A stretch of DNA of 64,000 nt from assembly GCA_963798465.1 (NCBI GenBank), contig CAWCTC010000001.1, positions 656,465 through 720,464 on the forward strand. The letters are read 5' to 3'. Positions 31,640 to 40,615 of the stretch are shown here, piece after piece. How positions within the stretch are numbered: position 1 is the first letter of the stretch; every line of letters begins with the position of its first letter. The position numbers and the translations under genes were made by a program. The DNA is from an uncultured bacterium. Lineage in GTDB: Bacteria; Patescibacteriota; Minisyncoccia; Phycocordibacterales; GWA1-40-21. The notes under the pieces are model-generated. The model was not told the origin of the DNA. It made no database searches and saw nothing but the letters and a program-made list of their open reading frames with translations.

Positions 31640-31882
31640 CCTAGTTGTATAATTTTAAAGCTTTTAAAGTTTGGTTAAGTAATATTTATCTATCTATTTT
31701 AAGTCCTAAATTTTGCTACTTGATTCATCTCGTAATTTACAACGGGACAAGTAAGTGAAAAGCAGTCTATCAGAAAAAAGACTGTTTAGCAACCTGATTT
31801 ATTGTCGACGTAGAACGAGTGAGATGAAAAGATACTTTTCATCTCCGAGTCGAGGAGACAATATAAGAGCCAAAGGCTGCTT

Positions 31883-32884
31883 CTATTCATTATTATCCTC
31901 AGAATCGCCCGCTTGAGGCTTACCGTCATTTTTTACTATATAATCTATTACATTATTCAAACCATCGCCTGTAAAAATATTTTCTATGTTATACCAAGAA
32001 TGTTTTACTCTGTGGTCCGTAACTCTGTCCTGCAAAACATTATATGTCCTGATTTTTTCTGATCTGTCCGCTGTTCCAATCTGATCCTTTCTTTCACTGG
32101 CAAATTTCTTTGCATCTTCTTCTTCTTTTTGAAGTTCAATTTTTGCAATCAAAATCGACATTGCTTTATCTTTATTTTTTGCCTGACTTCTTTCAGCAGT
32201 TGAACGGACATCTATACCTGTCGGCTTGTGAACAATTCTTACAGCCGTTTCAACTTTGTTTACATTTTGTCCGCCAGCTCCACCAGAACGAGATGTTTCA
32301 ATAATCAAATCCGACGGTTTGATTTCAATTTTTGATTTCTTTCTTATCGGCAAGATTGCAATTGATGCAGTCGACGTATGAACTCTTCCGGATTTTTCCG
32401 TTTCTGGAACTCTCTGAACTCTGTGAACTCCCGTTTCAAACCTCAATTCTTTGTAAACTTCTTTTCCTTTTATTTCAATCGAAACTTCCTTGTATCCGCC
32501 AAGAGCCGAGCGTGATTCATCGACAAATGAAAATTGCCAGCCTTTGATTTCAGCATATCTTTTGTACATTTTTGCCAAATCTTCGGCAAAAATAGCAGCT
32601 TCTTCTCCGCCAACTCCGGCTCGAATTTCCATGATAACTTCATTCGGAAATTTTTCCTCTTCGGCATCTACTGCAACAATATCTTTCATCTGAGCAAGCA
32701 AGTTTGTTTTTTGAGATTCTATACTTTTTATTTCTTCTTCAGCAAGAACAAACATGGCAGGATCTTTTTCCGCCATCTTCTTTATCGACTCTTCTTCATT
32801 TTCCAATCGAACATACTCTTCGGCAAAAAAAGTCGTTTTTTTATTTTTTCTGAATTCTTCTATTATCTCTTGATTCGGATTCAT
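31883..32884 (-). CDS. prfA: Peptide chain release factor 1
   Basis: GGQ motif '[18 protein letters not shown]' and an RF1-type PxT region '[17 protein letters not shown]'. Confidence 0.85.
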   Translation of the reverse strand: MNPNQEIIEEFRKNKKTTFFAEEYVRLENEEESIKKMAEKDPAMFVLAEEEIKSIESQKTNLLAQMKDIVAVDAEEEKFPNEVIMEIRAGVGGEEAAIFAEDLAKMYKRYAEIKGWQFSFVDESRSALGGYKEVSIEIKGKEVYKELRFETGVHRVQRVPETEKSGRVHTSTASIAILPIRKKSKIEIKPSDLIIETSRSGGAGGQNVNKVETAVRIVHKPTGIDVRSTAERSQAKNKDKAMSILIAKIELQKEEEDAKKFASERKDQIGTADRSEKIRTYNVLQDRVTDHRVKHSWYNIENIFTGDGLNNVIDYIVKNDGKPQAGDSEDNNE

Positions 32885-33023
32885 AAGTTAATTATATATC
32901 AAATAAGTTTGCGTTGGAAAATTTTTTAAACACTTCGTATTTTAAAAATTCTTCCGACGTGATTTTTGTGGTATCAAAAATCAAAAAACCGCACTTTTAA
33001 AGCACGGCTTTTATTTAAAATAG

Positions 33024-33254
33024 TTATTTTGATTTCTTGACTGCTTTTGTAACACCGGCCGCCTTTCTAGCTCTGAATTTTTCTACTCTTCCAGCAGTAT
33101 CAAGCACCTTCTCGTTTCCAGTGTAAAATGGATGGCAAGCAGCGCAGATTTCAACGTTTATATTTTCTTTGGTTGAACCAAAATCATAAGTAGCTCCGCA
33201 AGCGCAGGTTGTTTTTGCCTTATCAAAATATTTTGGGTGTATATCCTTTTTCAT
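33024..33254 (-). CDS. rpmE: 50S ribosomal protein L31 (start moved to MKKDIHPKY)
   Basis: 'MKKDIHPKY...C.CG...CAACHPFYTG' matches the L31 pattern. The longer upstream ORF extension is unlikely to be real. Confidence 0.88.
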   Translation of the reverse strand: MKKDIHPKYFDKAKTTCACGATYDFGSTKENINVEICAACHPFYTGNEKVLDTAGRVEKFRARKAAGVTKAVKKSK

Positions 33255-33445
33255 AGTTTGGGATAATAACAGATTTGAACCAAAAAAGCAAGAAAATAAG
33301 GAGCTCCTGCGACTATATTTTCGCAGTCCCGTAGCAATTTCATAAACATCCAATATCAAAAATTAATACATTAAATTCAATATATTCTACCTTAAACAAA
33401 GATAAAATAAGTAAAAATTTGCTACTGGGACAAAATAAAGCCAAA

Positions 33446-34823
33446 CTATAAGCTCAACGTATTGATATCTTTCTGGAATTGCTGTGCTCTTACCAAAACT
33501 GCAGCGCCATAGCCGTGATACATAGAAGTAGTCAATTTTGTTCCCTTCAAAGCCAGACCGCCATAATATTTTGCTGCCGTGCATGCCCAAATATCGCTTT
33601 GTTTTTTAAATGCAGTGTCGCATCTGTCCTGATTTTCTTTGAGCAATACTCCAGAAGCGACAAAAGCGTCAAGATTATTAAAAGGAGAAGGATTCGCAAC
33701 TCCGATGATGCCGGAAACTTCCGAAGAAATTCCATTCCAAGTCAGAGGCATGAATTGAGCAGGACCCATAGCTCCGCCATAATCGCCGTCATCGCATATC
33801 GGGCAAGATACCGGAGTGATATTCGGATTCAGATTCAAACTGCTCGTGATTGAAAGAAAATATGGCTGCTGAGTAGCCGACATTACATCGCCGTCATCGG
33901 GAGAACAAGTTGATGGCTGGTTGTAATAGCATTCTCCGATATTATTTCCGATGGTAGTTCCCATTGAAGATTCCTGAAATAATACCGCGAGAATCAAAGC
34001 GGAATTGACTCCGATATTGCTTTCATACGGCTGAATAAGTTTTAAAGCATCTCCGAAAGAAATTTCTTCCCCGCTTGCTGTCTTGTAAAGTTTGTCTCTT
34101 ATTTCGTTTTTTAATTTTTCTTTTTCCGCAATAAGCTCGGAATATTCAGCTTCCGCATTCTGCGTCAAAGACAGCAAACTCTGCTGTTCGGATTTATAAT
34201 TTTCCGTCGACTGTTTCGCCTGTTCCTGCTCAAACTCCAATTTTGAAACTTGCGATTGCTGATTTTTCAAATCCGTTTTTTCATTCTCTGAAGTTTTTTT
34301 GAGTGCTTTGAAGTTGCAAAGTAAGTGCCTGAAGTTTTGCGTTTATTGAAGCGTAGTTGTATGTGTCCGAGAAAAATTCCGAAAGATTTTGTGTGGATAA
34401 TAAAACATCGATAATTGAAGCATTGTCCATTGAATAGCTATCTTGCAACATCTTTCCTATTGAATCTTTTATATCGCTCATTCTGTCGGAAAGCTGTCCG
34501 ATGTATTGAGTTTTTGAATCAATACTTTCATTCAGCTGTTTCATCTGAACTTTTTGGTCTTCAATCTCCAGCTGTATTTTTGAAATATTATAATTTATCT
34601 CGGCTAGACCCTGTTCCAACTGCGAAGAATATTGTTTCGTGCTGTTGTATTGATTATTAAGAGAGGTAATATCTGCATCGCATTGCGCTGATATTGCTTG
34701 CAATTCCTGATCAGTTTTTCCATCCAGATTTGAATCGCAAGTAACGGCATTCACAATTAATGGAGCTGAAAAAAATACTATATAAACAAAAGCTAAAAGT
34801 ATATTCCTGAATTTTGCGAACAT
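33446..34823 (-). pseudogene. Secreted coiled-coil protein with C-terminal lytic transglycosylase (SLT_2/MltB-like) domain; one frameshift in an A7 run (~34,275)
   Basis: A signal peptide and coiled coil (34281-34823) continue in another frame into 'GAMGPAQFMPLTW' (33446-34270). The junction reads 'CAAAAAAAC'. Confidence 0.7.
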
Positions 34824-34870
34824 TGTAGTATTTTACTACATTATTGAGATTTGGAAAAATAGGTAAATTA

Positions 34871-34910
34871 AAAAGAAAGAGCGGCGCCGTACGGCGCCGC
34901 TCTTTATTTT
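34871..34910 (-). terminator. Rho-independent terminator after rplY (AGAGCGGCGCCG-TA-CGGCGCCGCTCT)
   Basis: 12-bp GC-rich palindromic stem with flanking A/T runs. Confidence 0.7.
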
Positions 34911-34914
34911 TAAT

Positions 34915-35592
34915 TTATTTCTTTTCTTCCTTCTTAGGGGCAGGTTCTGCTGCGGCTTCTGCGCCAGCTTCTCCTTCTTTAGCTTCCTTACCTTTCTTTT
35001 CAACTTCTACTGCTGAAAGATCTACAGGTGCTGCTTCAACAACTTCCTCTTTAGGTTCATAGACTGAGGCGATGACATCTTCGGGTTTTACTTTCAAAGT
35101 GACTCCTTCTGGAAGCTTTATGTCTCCGGCGGTAACTGTGCTGTCGAAAGTTTTCAATCCTGAAATATCAACTTCAAGCTTGTGCGGCAAATCTTTTGGC
35201 AAAGCTTCAATTTCTATTTCGTGCATAACTTTTACAAGAATTCCTCCGAGGTCTTTTACAGCTGGAGCGACTCCGATGAATTCAAGCGGAATAGCGAGTG
35301 AAAGTTTCTTCCCTTTTTCAATTGCATAAAAGTCTGCGTGTCTTGGCTTATCTGTGACAGGATCAAGATCAACATCGTGTATCAAAACATCGACATCAAT
35401 TCCTTTTCCATCAAGATGCAAAATAGTTGATTCTCCGGCTTCTTTCAAAGTTTTTTCAAAAATTGCAAACGGAAGCATTATAGGAGTTGAGGGTTCCATT
35501 TTTCCATAAAAAACAGCCGGCATTTTTCCTGCCTTTCTGATTTCAGATAAACTTGTTTTCTTGTCTCTCTTTTCTACGCTCAATGTAATCAT
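34915..35592 (-). CDS. rplY: 50S ribosomal protein L25/Ctc form
   Basis: 'EKRDKKTSLSEIRKAGKMPAVFYG' is followed by a two-domain length and an acidic/Ala-rich tail. Confidence 0.85.
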   Translation of the reverse strand: MITLSVEKRDKKTSLSEIRKAGKMPAVFYGKMEPSTPIMLPFAIFEKTLKEAGESTILHLDGKGIDVDVLIHDVDLDPVTDKPRHADFYAIEKGKKLSLAIPLEFIGVAPAVKDLGGILVKVMHEIEIEALPKDLPHKLEVDISGLKTFDSTVTAGDIKLPEGVTLKVKPEDVIASVYEPKEEVVEAAPVDLSAVEVEKKGKEAKEGEAGAEAAAEPAPKKEEKK

Positions 35593-35780
35593 AGTTCAAA
35601 CATTATACATAAACGCGACAATTAATCAAGGAATCTTGGACAAAATTAAGCCAAAAAATAGCGGAAATAAACTGGCGGAATTTTGGCTTCGCCAAAATTC
35701 CGCCGTTTTATTAAAACATATTTATATTATCAGAGTCAAAAAACGCTATTTTAGCCTTGAAAAATAAGGCTTTTTAGCAT

Positions 35781-35809
35781 TTGACTTATTTAACAAGCTA
35801 TGTTACAAT
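35781..35809 (+). promoter_or_regulatory. Sigma70-type promoter (TTGACT-17 nt-TACAAT) for the lipoprotein gene
   Basis: Read directly from the sequence. Confidence 0.55.
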
Positions 35810-35890
35810 TTCCACAGAGTTTTAAATGACAAGAAGTTCTAAAAAAATTGGCTTAAAGCCGTAAGATAAAAAAACAGGAGGTAATACAAA

Positions 35891-36448
35891 ATGAAAAAAA
35901 TCATTTTGGCTCTGGTAGTAGTAATCTCAATCGTCATGATGGCGGTTGGGTGCAGTAAAGCAACTGCAACAGGACCGTCGCCAATAAACACGGCAACAAC
36001 TGTAAACACAGCAGTTGTCGTAGTAAGTTCTGCGACGGCAACATCAACTGCGACAGTAACACCTACATCGACGGTAACATTAACGCCGATGGACACGCCG
36101 GTTCCGACAAATACCCCGCTTACAATGGTGTACGTCGGTTTGTACATTAAATCGGTATCGGGAAATCCGTCAAACACAGCTAATATAAGCTGGAGTTGCG
36201 GCGGAAATTCAGTTTCGTCTAACGAAACATTGCCATACGATTACGAGTTCAGTACGTACAGTAATCAAAGCGTGGCAATAACTGTAACTGCGGGAACAGC
36301 GGGAGGAGTGGTAGAGGCAGATTTTCATTTGTCAAATATCCCTCTGGTTATACCCATCGAAAGTGATCCAAGTATTCTTTACACATCACAAAGTGTTCCG
36401 AATACAAATGGGATAGAAATGTTTTTCCCTTTTAGTAATTATTACTAA
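35891..36448 (+). CDS. Putative lipoprotein, Thr/Val-rich (185 aa), strong SD
   Basis: Signal peptide with lipobox 'MMAVGC', SD 'ACAGGAGGTaatacaaaATG', and visibly higher GC than the neighbouring genes. Confidence 0.65.
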   Translation: MKKIILALVVVISIVMMAVGCSKATATGPSPINTATTVNTAVVVVSSATATSTATVTPTSTVTLTPMDTPVPTNTPLTMVYVGLYIKSVSGNPSNTANISWSCGGNSVSSNETLPYDYEFSTYSNQSVAITVTAGTAGGVVEADFHLSNIPLVIPIESDPSILYTSQSVPNTNGIEMFFPFSNYY

Positions 36449-36461
36449 AGGGAAAAAAGAT

Positions 36462-36494
36462 AAAGGCCGTTCAACGAAAGTTGACCGGCCTTTT
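36462..36494. terminator. Bidirectional terminator (GGCCGTTCAAC-GAAA-GTTGACCGGCC)
   Basis: Lies between the convergent lipoprotein and DUF1653 genes. Confidence 0.65.
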
Positions 36495-36501
36495 CACTTG
36501 C

Positions 36502-36735
36502 CTATTTTTCTCCCACAAATTCAAATCTTTTCTTTTTTGTTCCATCTAGAGCGACTATTTCTTCTGCAAACATCGCAAGCGGTCTTGCCCAAAGTTTTGA
36601 AATTTCATTTTCATAAAGCGCTTCATAAAAAACCAAATCTTCCAAAGTTTCCGAATGTTTTCCGACTCCGATGACGCGATAAAGATTTCCGGTCTTATAA
36701 TGCTTGTAGATTCCTAATTTTATTTTTTCAGTCAT
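36502..36735 (-). CDS. DUF1653-like small protein
   Basis: 'YKHYKTGNLYRVIGVGKHSETLEDLVFYEALY....LWARPLAMF' fits the DUF1653 pattern, recalled from memory. Confidence 0.6.
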   Translation of the reverse strand: MTEKIKLGIYKHYKTGNLYRVIGVGKHSETLEDLVFYEALYENEISKLWARPLAMFAEEIVALDGTKKKRFEFVGEK

Positions 36736-36741
36736 TTTAAA

Positions 36742-37461
36742 TCAGGCTTTTTCCATTTCCTCCCAAGCTTCTTTTATATTGTCACTTTCATAAAGCGCCG
36801 AGCCGGAAATGAGTTTGTTCGCGCCGGCCTTCGCCAAATCTTTATAATTTTCAAAACTGACTCCCCCATCCACGCTGATCGTTACATCCGGATATTTTTC
36901 TCTGAGCGCTTTTATTTTTTTCAAAACTTCTTCATCAAAAGGCTGGCCTTGATATCCGATTTTTTTGATTCCCATAAATTGGATAAAATCAGCAAGAGTA
37001 TGACCTTCTGGATTTTTTTCCAGAAATACATCAAGCTCGCTGTTTTGCGTATCTATATTCAAAGCGATTCCTATTTCAAAATTGGCAAGAGAATCTCCGG
37101 CATAGCCGTATGTTTTTCTCAAATCTTTTACCAAGTCCAAAACTTTCGGCGAAGATTCAATGTGAACAACAAGAGCTTTCGCTCCGGCCTTGATCCATTT
37201 TTCAATAGTTTCTTCTGGATTTTTTATCATCAAATCCGCTTCAAAATCCATATTCTGCCAAAAAGGAAAACCTTCGTCTTCTTCCGTAATTTTTTCAAAA
37301 TGATTTTCATCGTCGCCGACATAAGGCCAGCATTTTGACGGGACAAATTTTCCATCGCAAACATCCACTTGGACAAGCTTTACAAAATTCTTTACAAGAG
37401 ACATCTTGTATGAAAGGTCTTCATAAGATTCTGGAATTATCGCTGGAAGGACTTCTATCAT
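36742..37461 (-). CDS. rpe: Ribulose-phosphate 3-epimerase family protein
   Basis: 'VQVDVCDGKFVP', 'VVHIES', 'ISVDGGV' and 'GANKLISGSALY' parallel the Rpe TIM-barrel motifs. Confidence 0.7.
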   Translation of the reverse strand: MIEVLPAIIPESYEDLSYKMSLVKNFVKLVQVDVCDGKFVPSKCWPYVGDDENHFEKITEEDEGFPFWQNMDFEADLMIKNPEETIEKWIKAGAKALVVHIESSPKVLDLVKDLRKTYGYAGDSLANFEIGIALNIDTQNSELDVFLEKNPEGHTLADFIQFMGIKKIGYQGQPFDEEVLKKIKALREKYPDVTISVDGGVSFENYKDLAKAGANKLISGSALYESDNIKEAWEEMEKA

Positions 37462-37595
37462 ATTATAAAGTATTATATCAGATTTTGAGTAAATTTTTTA
37501 TGAAATACGCGAAGCGAGCGAGGCTTGCGACCAAAATGTACGTTCAGTACATTGCGGGAGCAAACGTAGCTCGCGACAAAGCAGTTCGAAAAAAT

Positions 37596-38120
37596 TTACT
37601 TAAAATCAAAATTATTCTTAATCTCGCGGGAAATCCTTTCAATCTTTTTTATTCTGCGAACATGTCTGGCTTCATTTGAAAAATCCGTTCCAAGCCAAAT
37701 CTCCACGGCTTTTTTCGCAACGTTCGGCTTCAAAAATCTCGCACCGAGAGAAAGGATGTTTGAATCGTTATGCAATTTTCCGAGTTTTACAATCTGATAT
37801 TTTGAAAAAATCCCTGGATTTCCATAAAAAACAGTTGCACGGACATTCGGATATCTGTTTGCAACCATCGCCTCGCCTTGTCCCGAACCGCCGAGAATAA
37901 TTCCTATATTATTTTCCGGATTGAGCGCGACAGCTTTTGCGACAGGTGAAATAAAATCTGGATAGTCATCTCCATTTTCATATTGATGCGCACCGAGATC
38001 GTAAACTTCATAGCCGAGACTTTTCACGAAAGGAACAAGCTCTTCTTTCAATTCAAAACCGGCATGATCAGTGCCAATATAAACTTTTGGTTTGTGACTT
38101 CTGAATCCAAGATTCTTCAT
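37596..38120 (-). CDS. rpiB: Ribose-5-phosphate isomerase B (RpiB/LacA/LacB family)
   Basis: 'VYIGTDHAGFELKE' and 'GIILGGSGQGEAMVANR'. Confidence 0.85.
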   Translation of the reverse strand: MKNLGFRSHKPKVYIGTDHAGFELKEELVPFVKSLGYEVYDLGAHQYENGDDYPDFISPVAKAVALNPENNIGIILGGSGQGEAMVANRYPNVRATVFYGNPGIFSKYQIVKLGKLHNDSNILSLGARFLKPNVAKKAVEIWLGTDFSNEARHVRRIKKIERISREIKNNFDFK

Positions 38121-38165
38121 ATGAATATTATATCACTTACTTCTAATTTATTAAATGATATTCTC

Positions 38166-38190
38166 AATTCTACTAGGTCTTGCCTAGTAG
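38166..38190. repeat. Hairpin repeat flanking Y1 transposase (AATTCTACTAGG-TCTTG-CCTAGTAG), copy 1
   Basis: The identical 25-nt sequence recurs at 38869-38893. Confidence 0.8.
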
Positions 38191-38843
38191 TTTTTATAAC
38201 TAAGCCAATCAAAAATTTCTTTTTTAAAAATTTGATTGTTTAAAAAATAATTTGGGAAATTTTTAATATCTAAAATTGTATTTTGAATTCTCGATTCAAA
38301 TATATAATCCAGATAACTAGAATACTCATAATTATTTAAATATATCAAAACATCAGTTTTATTTTTAATCCCCTTTTCTTTCCATTCTTTATCTATATTT
38401 TTTATTGGATTTAAATGAATATATGAAAATAAATATTTTAAATATCTATCATTATTTGCATGCTGTGATTTAAATTTTCCTTCAAAAAGTCCACCTGTTC
38501 GTTTATATTTCTTATTATAATACATTGAATATGCGGTACTTAATTTTTGCATAAATTTACTTATACCCCCATCTTTGGTCTCTGTGATTAGTATATGAAA
38601 ATGATTCGGCATAAGACAATATGCACCAATAGAGACAATATTGTTTACCCTATCAAAATCATATGGAGTTTCTTTTCGTCCGAGAGAAAGTGCTCTAAAA
38701 TTATTAATTGAATTACAAGCATACATTAAACTCATAAAACGAAAATAATCTTCCTTGTCGTGAAAGATCCTTTGTTTACTATTACCACGATTATACAAAT
38801 GATAAAATTCATTTATAACAAAATTAATTTTACGAATAGACAT
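38184..38843 (-). CDS. IS200/IS605-type Y1 (HUH) transposase / REP-associated tyrosine transposase (RAYT)-like
   Basis: 'YHLYNRGN', HUH motif 'LMPNHFHILI' and C-terminal 'YIHLNPIK', with a Tyr-containing helix ('YSSY'). Confidence 0.75.
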   Translation of the reverse strand: MSIRKINFVINEFYHLYNRGNSKQRIFHDKEDYFRFMSLMYACNSINNFRALSLGRKETPYDFDRVNNIVSIGAYCLMPNHFHILITETKDGGISKFMQKLSTAYSMYYNKKYKRTGGLFEGKFKSQHANNDRYLKYLFSYIHLNPIKNIDKEWKEKGIKNKTDVLIYLNNYEYSSYLDYIFESRIQNTILDIKNFPNYFLNNQIFKKEIFDWLSYKNY

Positions 38844-38866
38844 AAAATCATTATACTATAAATACT

Positions 38867-38899
38867 GTAATTCTACTAGGTCTTGCCTAGTAGAATTAC
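38867..38899. repeat. Hairpin repeat flanking Y1 transposase, copy 2 (14-bp stem GTAATTCTACTAGG/CCTAGTAGAATTAC)
   Basis: Direct repeat of the 38166-38190 hairpin. It lies 8 nt after the gatB stop. Confidence 0.8.
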
Positions 38900-38906
38900 T
38901 TTTTGT

Positions 38907-40352
38907 TTATTTCAACAATTCCACCAAAACTTTCTTAATAACCTGCGGATTTGCCGAGCCTTTCGTTTCTTTCATTATTTGTCCGACAAAAAACATCAAA
39001 GCCATTTCCTTTCCTGCTTTATAATCAGCCACAACTTTCGGATTATCTTTAATCAATTTTTCTCCAATTGTTTTTATCGCACCTTCGTCGGATTTTTGTA
39101 TCAAACCTTCTTTGTTTGCAACTTCTTCAGGATCAATATCAGCTTTCAATAATCTTTCAACTAAATCTTTTGCAGCTCTTGAGCCAAGCTTCCCATCTGA
39201 AACCATCACAATTATTTTTGCAAATTTTTCCGGCTTTGGAAATTTCAAATTGGAATCTTTTGACATAAAACCAACCATGTCAGACGCAATGTAGTTTGAA
39301 GCAAGCTTTGCCAAATCTTTATTTCCAGCGAAACCAGCAATTACAGCTTCAAAAAACTTTCCAAGTTCAATATTATTTACAAAAGCATCCGCATCTTGTT
39401 CTTTAATGCCGAATTCTTTCAAATATTTTTCTCTTCTTTCCCATGGAAGTTCCGGAAGCCCAGCTTTCAAAACTTCCAAATCAAAAACTTCTGAAATCAT
39501 CATCTTTGGCAAATCTGGATCTGGAAAATATCTGTAATCCTGAGAATCTTCTTTTATTCTCTGCGAATATGTTTTTTGTTTTGCTTCATCCCAGCCTCGA
39601 GTTTCCTGAATAACTTTCTCGCCTTTTTCAATCGCGTCGATTTGTCTTTCAATTTCATAAGCGACAGCTCTTTCAACAGTTCTGAAAGAATTCAAATTTT
39701 TAATTTCAACTTTTGTTCCAAGCTTGTCAGTGTCAGAAACGGAAATATTTGCTTCAACTCTCATTTCTCCTTTTTCCATATTTGCATCTCCGGCTCCGAG
39801 ATACTGCAAAAGCAATTGCAATTCTTTTGCGAAGTCCGCAGCTTGTTTCCCTGAATGAATCACCGGCTCGGTGACAAGTTCCATAAGCGGAACTCCACCA
39901 CGATTAAAATCAACTAAAGAAAAATCTCCCTGATCATGTTTTGAACCGCCAGTATCTTCTTCAAGATGAATTCTCGTCAGCTGAATTCCTTTTATCGAAC
40001 CGCCAGTGACCAAAGGATATTTGTATTGAGAAATCTGATAGCCTTTTGGAATATCCGGATAAAAATAATTTTTTCTGTCCCATTCTGTAAAGTCGGCGAT
40101 GTTATTAATTTTGTCTTTGTTATCACAACAAGCTATTCCAACTCTCAAAACATGCTCAATAGCCTTTTTATTTAATACAGGCAAAGTTCCCGGTTGAGCA
40201 GTGCAAATCTCACAAACGTTTGAATTTGGTTTTTCTTCGTCTGGATCGTTCTTGCAAGAACAAAACATCTTTGTTTGTGTCTTCAATTCGGCATGAATTT
40301 CCAAACCAATTGTCGCAGTATATTTATTTTTAATTTTAATTTCTTCTGACAT
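38907..40352 (-). CDS. gatB: Asp/Glu-tRNA(Asn/Gln) amidotransferase subunit B
   Basis: 'IGLEIHAELKT.TKMFCSC', 'VDFNRGGVPLMELVTEP' and a C-terminal YqeY-like tail. Confidence 0.92.
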   Translation of the reverse strand: MSEEIKIKNKYTATIGLEIHAELKTQTKMFCSCKNDPDEEKPNSNVCEICTAQPGTLPVLNKKAIEHVLRVGIACCDNKDKINNIADFTEWDRKNYFYPDIPKGYQISQYKYPLVTGGSIKGIQLTRIHLEEDTGGSKHDQGDFSLVDFNRGGVPLMELVTEPVIHSGKQAADFAKELQLLLQYLGAGDANMEKGEMRVEANISVSDTDKLGTKVEIKNLNSFRTVERAVAYEIERQIDAIEKGEKVIQETRGWDEAKQKTYSQRIKEDSQDYRYFPDPDLPKMMISEVFDLEVLKAGLPELPWERREKYLKEFGIKEQDADAFVNNIELGKFFEAVIAGFAGNKDLAKLASNYIASDMVGFMSKDSNLKFPKPEKFAKIIVMVSDGKLGSRAAKDLVERLLKADIDPEEVANKEGLIQKSDEGAIKTIGEKLIKDNPKVVADYKAGKEMALMFFVGQIMKETKGSANPQVIKKVLVELLK

Positions 40353-40367
40353 ATATTATGCATTTTT

Positions 40368-40443
40368 GTCATTGCGAGCGAAGCGTGGCAATCTAGAAAT
40401 AATTCAATCCAGACCTGGTTTGCTTCGCTATGCTCGCAAAGAC
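40368..40443. repeat. Inverted pair of GC-rich 'TTGCGAGCGAAGC' modules
   Basis: 'GTCATTGCGAGCGAAGCGTGGCAATC' and 'GCTTCGCTATGCTCGCAAAGAC' face each other across 37 nt. Confidence 0.6.
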
Positions 40444-40518
40444 AATTCGAAAAATACAAAAATAATTTTAGCATGAAATATGGTGAAATAAAAGAATATT
40501 TAAGCCATATTTTGATTC

Positions 40519-40547
40519 TTGACAAAATATTTATAATAAGATATAAT
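40519..40547 (+). promoter_or_regulatory. Perfect consensus sigma70 promoter (TTGACA-17 nt-TATAAT) with no downstream plus-strand gene
   Basis: Hexamers and spacer were counted directly. A terminator hairpin starts about 35 nt downstream. Confidence 0.45.
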
Positions 40548-40581
40548 TTACAGTAAATAGGAGTTGAATTGGAAAAAATTT

Positions 40582-40611
40582 AAAAGGCGGGCTGTAATCA
40601 GCCCGCCTTTT
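40582..40611. terminator. Bidirectional terminator (GGCGGGCTG-TAAT-CAGCCCGCC with A4/T4 flanks)
   Basis: 9-bp GC stem downstream of obg (minus strand) and of the orphan promoter (plus strand). Confidence 0.7.
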
Positions 40612-40615
40612 GTAT

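Noticed and set aside
32395-32430. The RF1 tripeptide reads PET instead of PAT, raising the question of altered stop-codon recognition.
   Set aside because: The middle position of the PxT motif is variable in RF1 proteins, and there is no other sign of stop-codon reassignment in the window.
35839-36177. 112-aa minus-strand ORF rich in Val/Thr/Ala.
   Set aside because: It is an antisense shadow of the GC-richer lipoprotein gene. The lipoprotein gene has a promoter, SD, lipobox and terminator.
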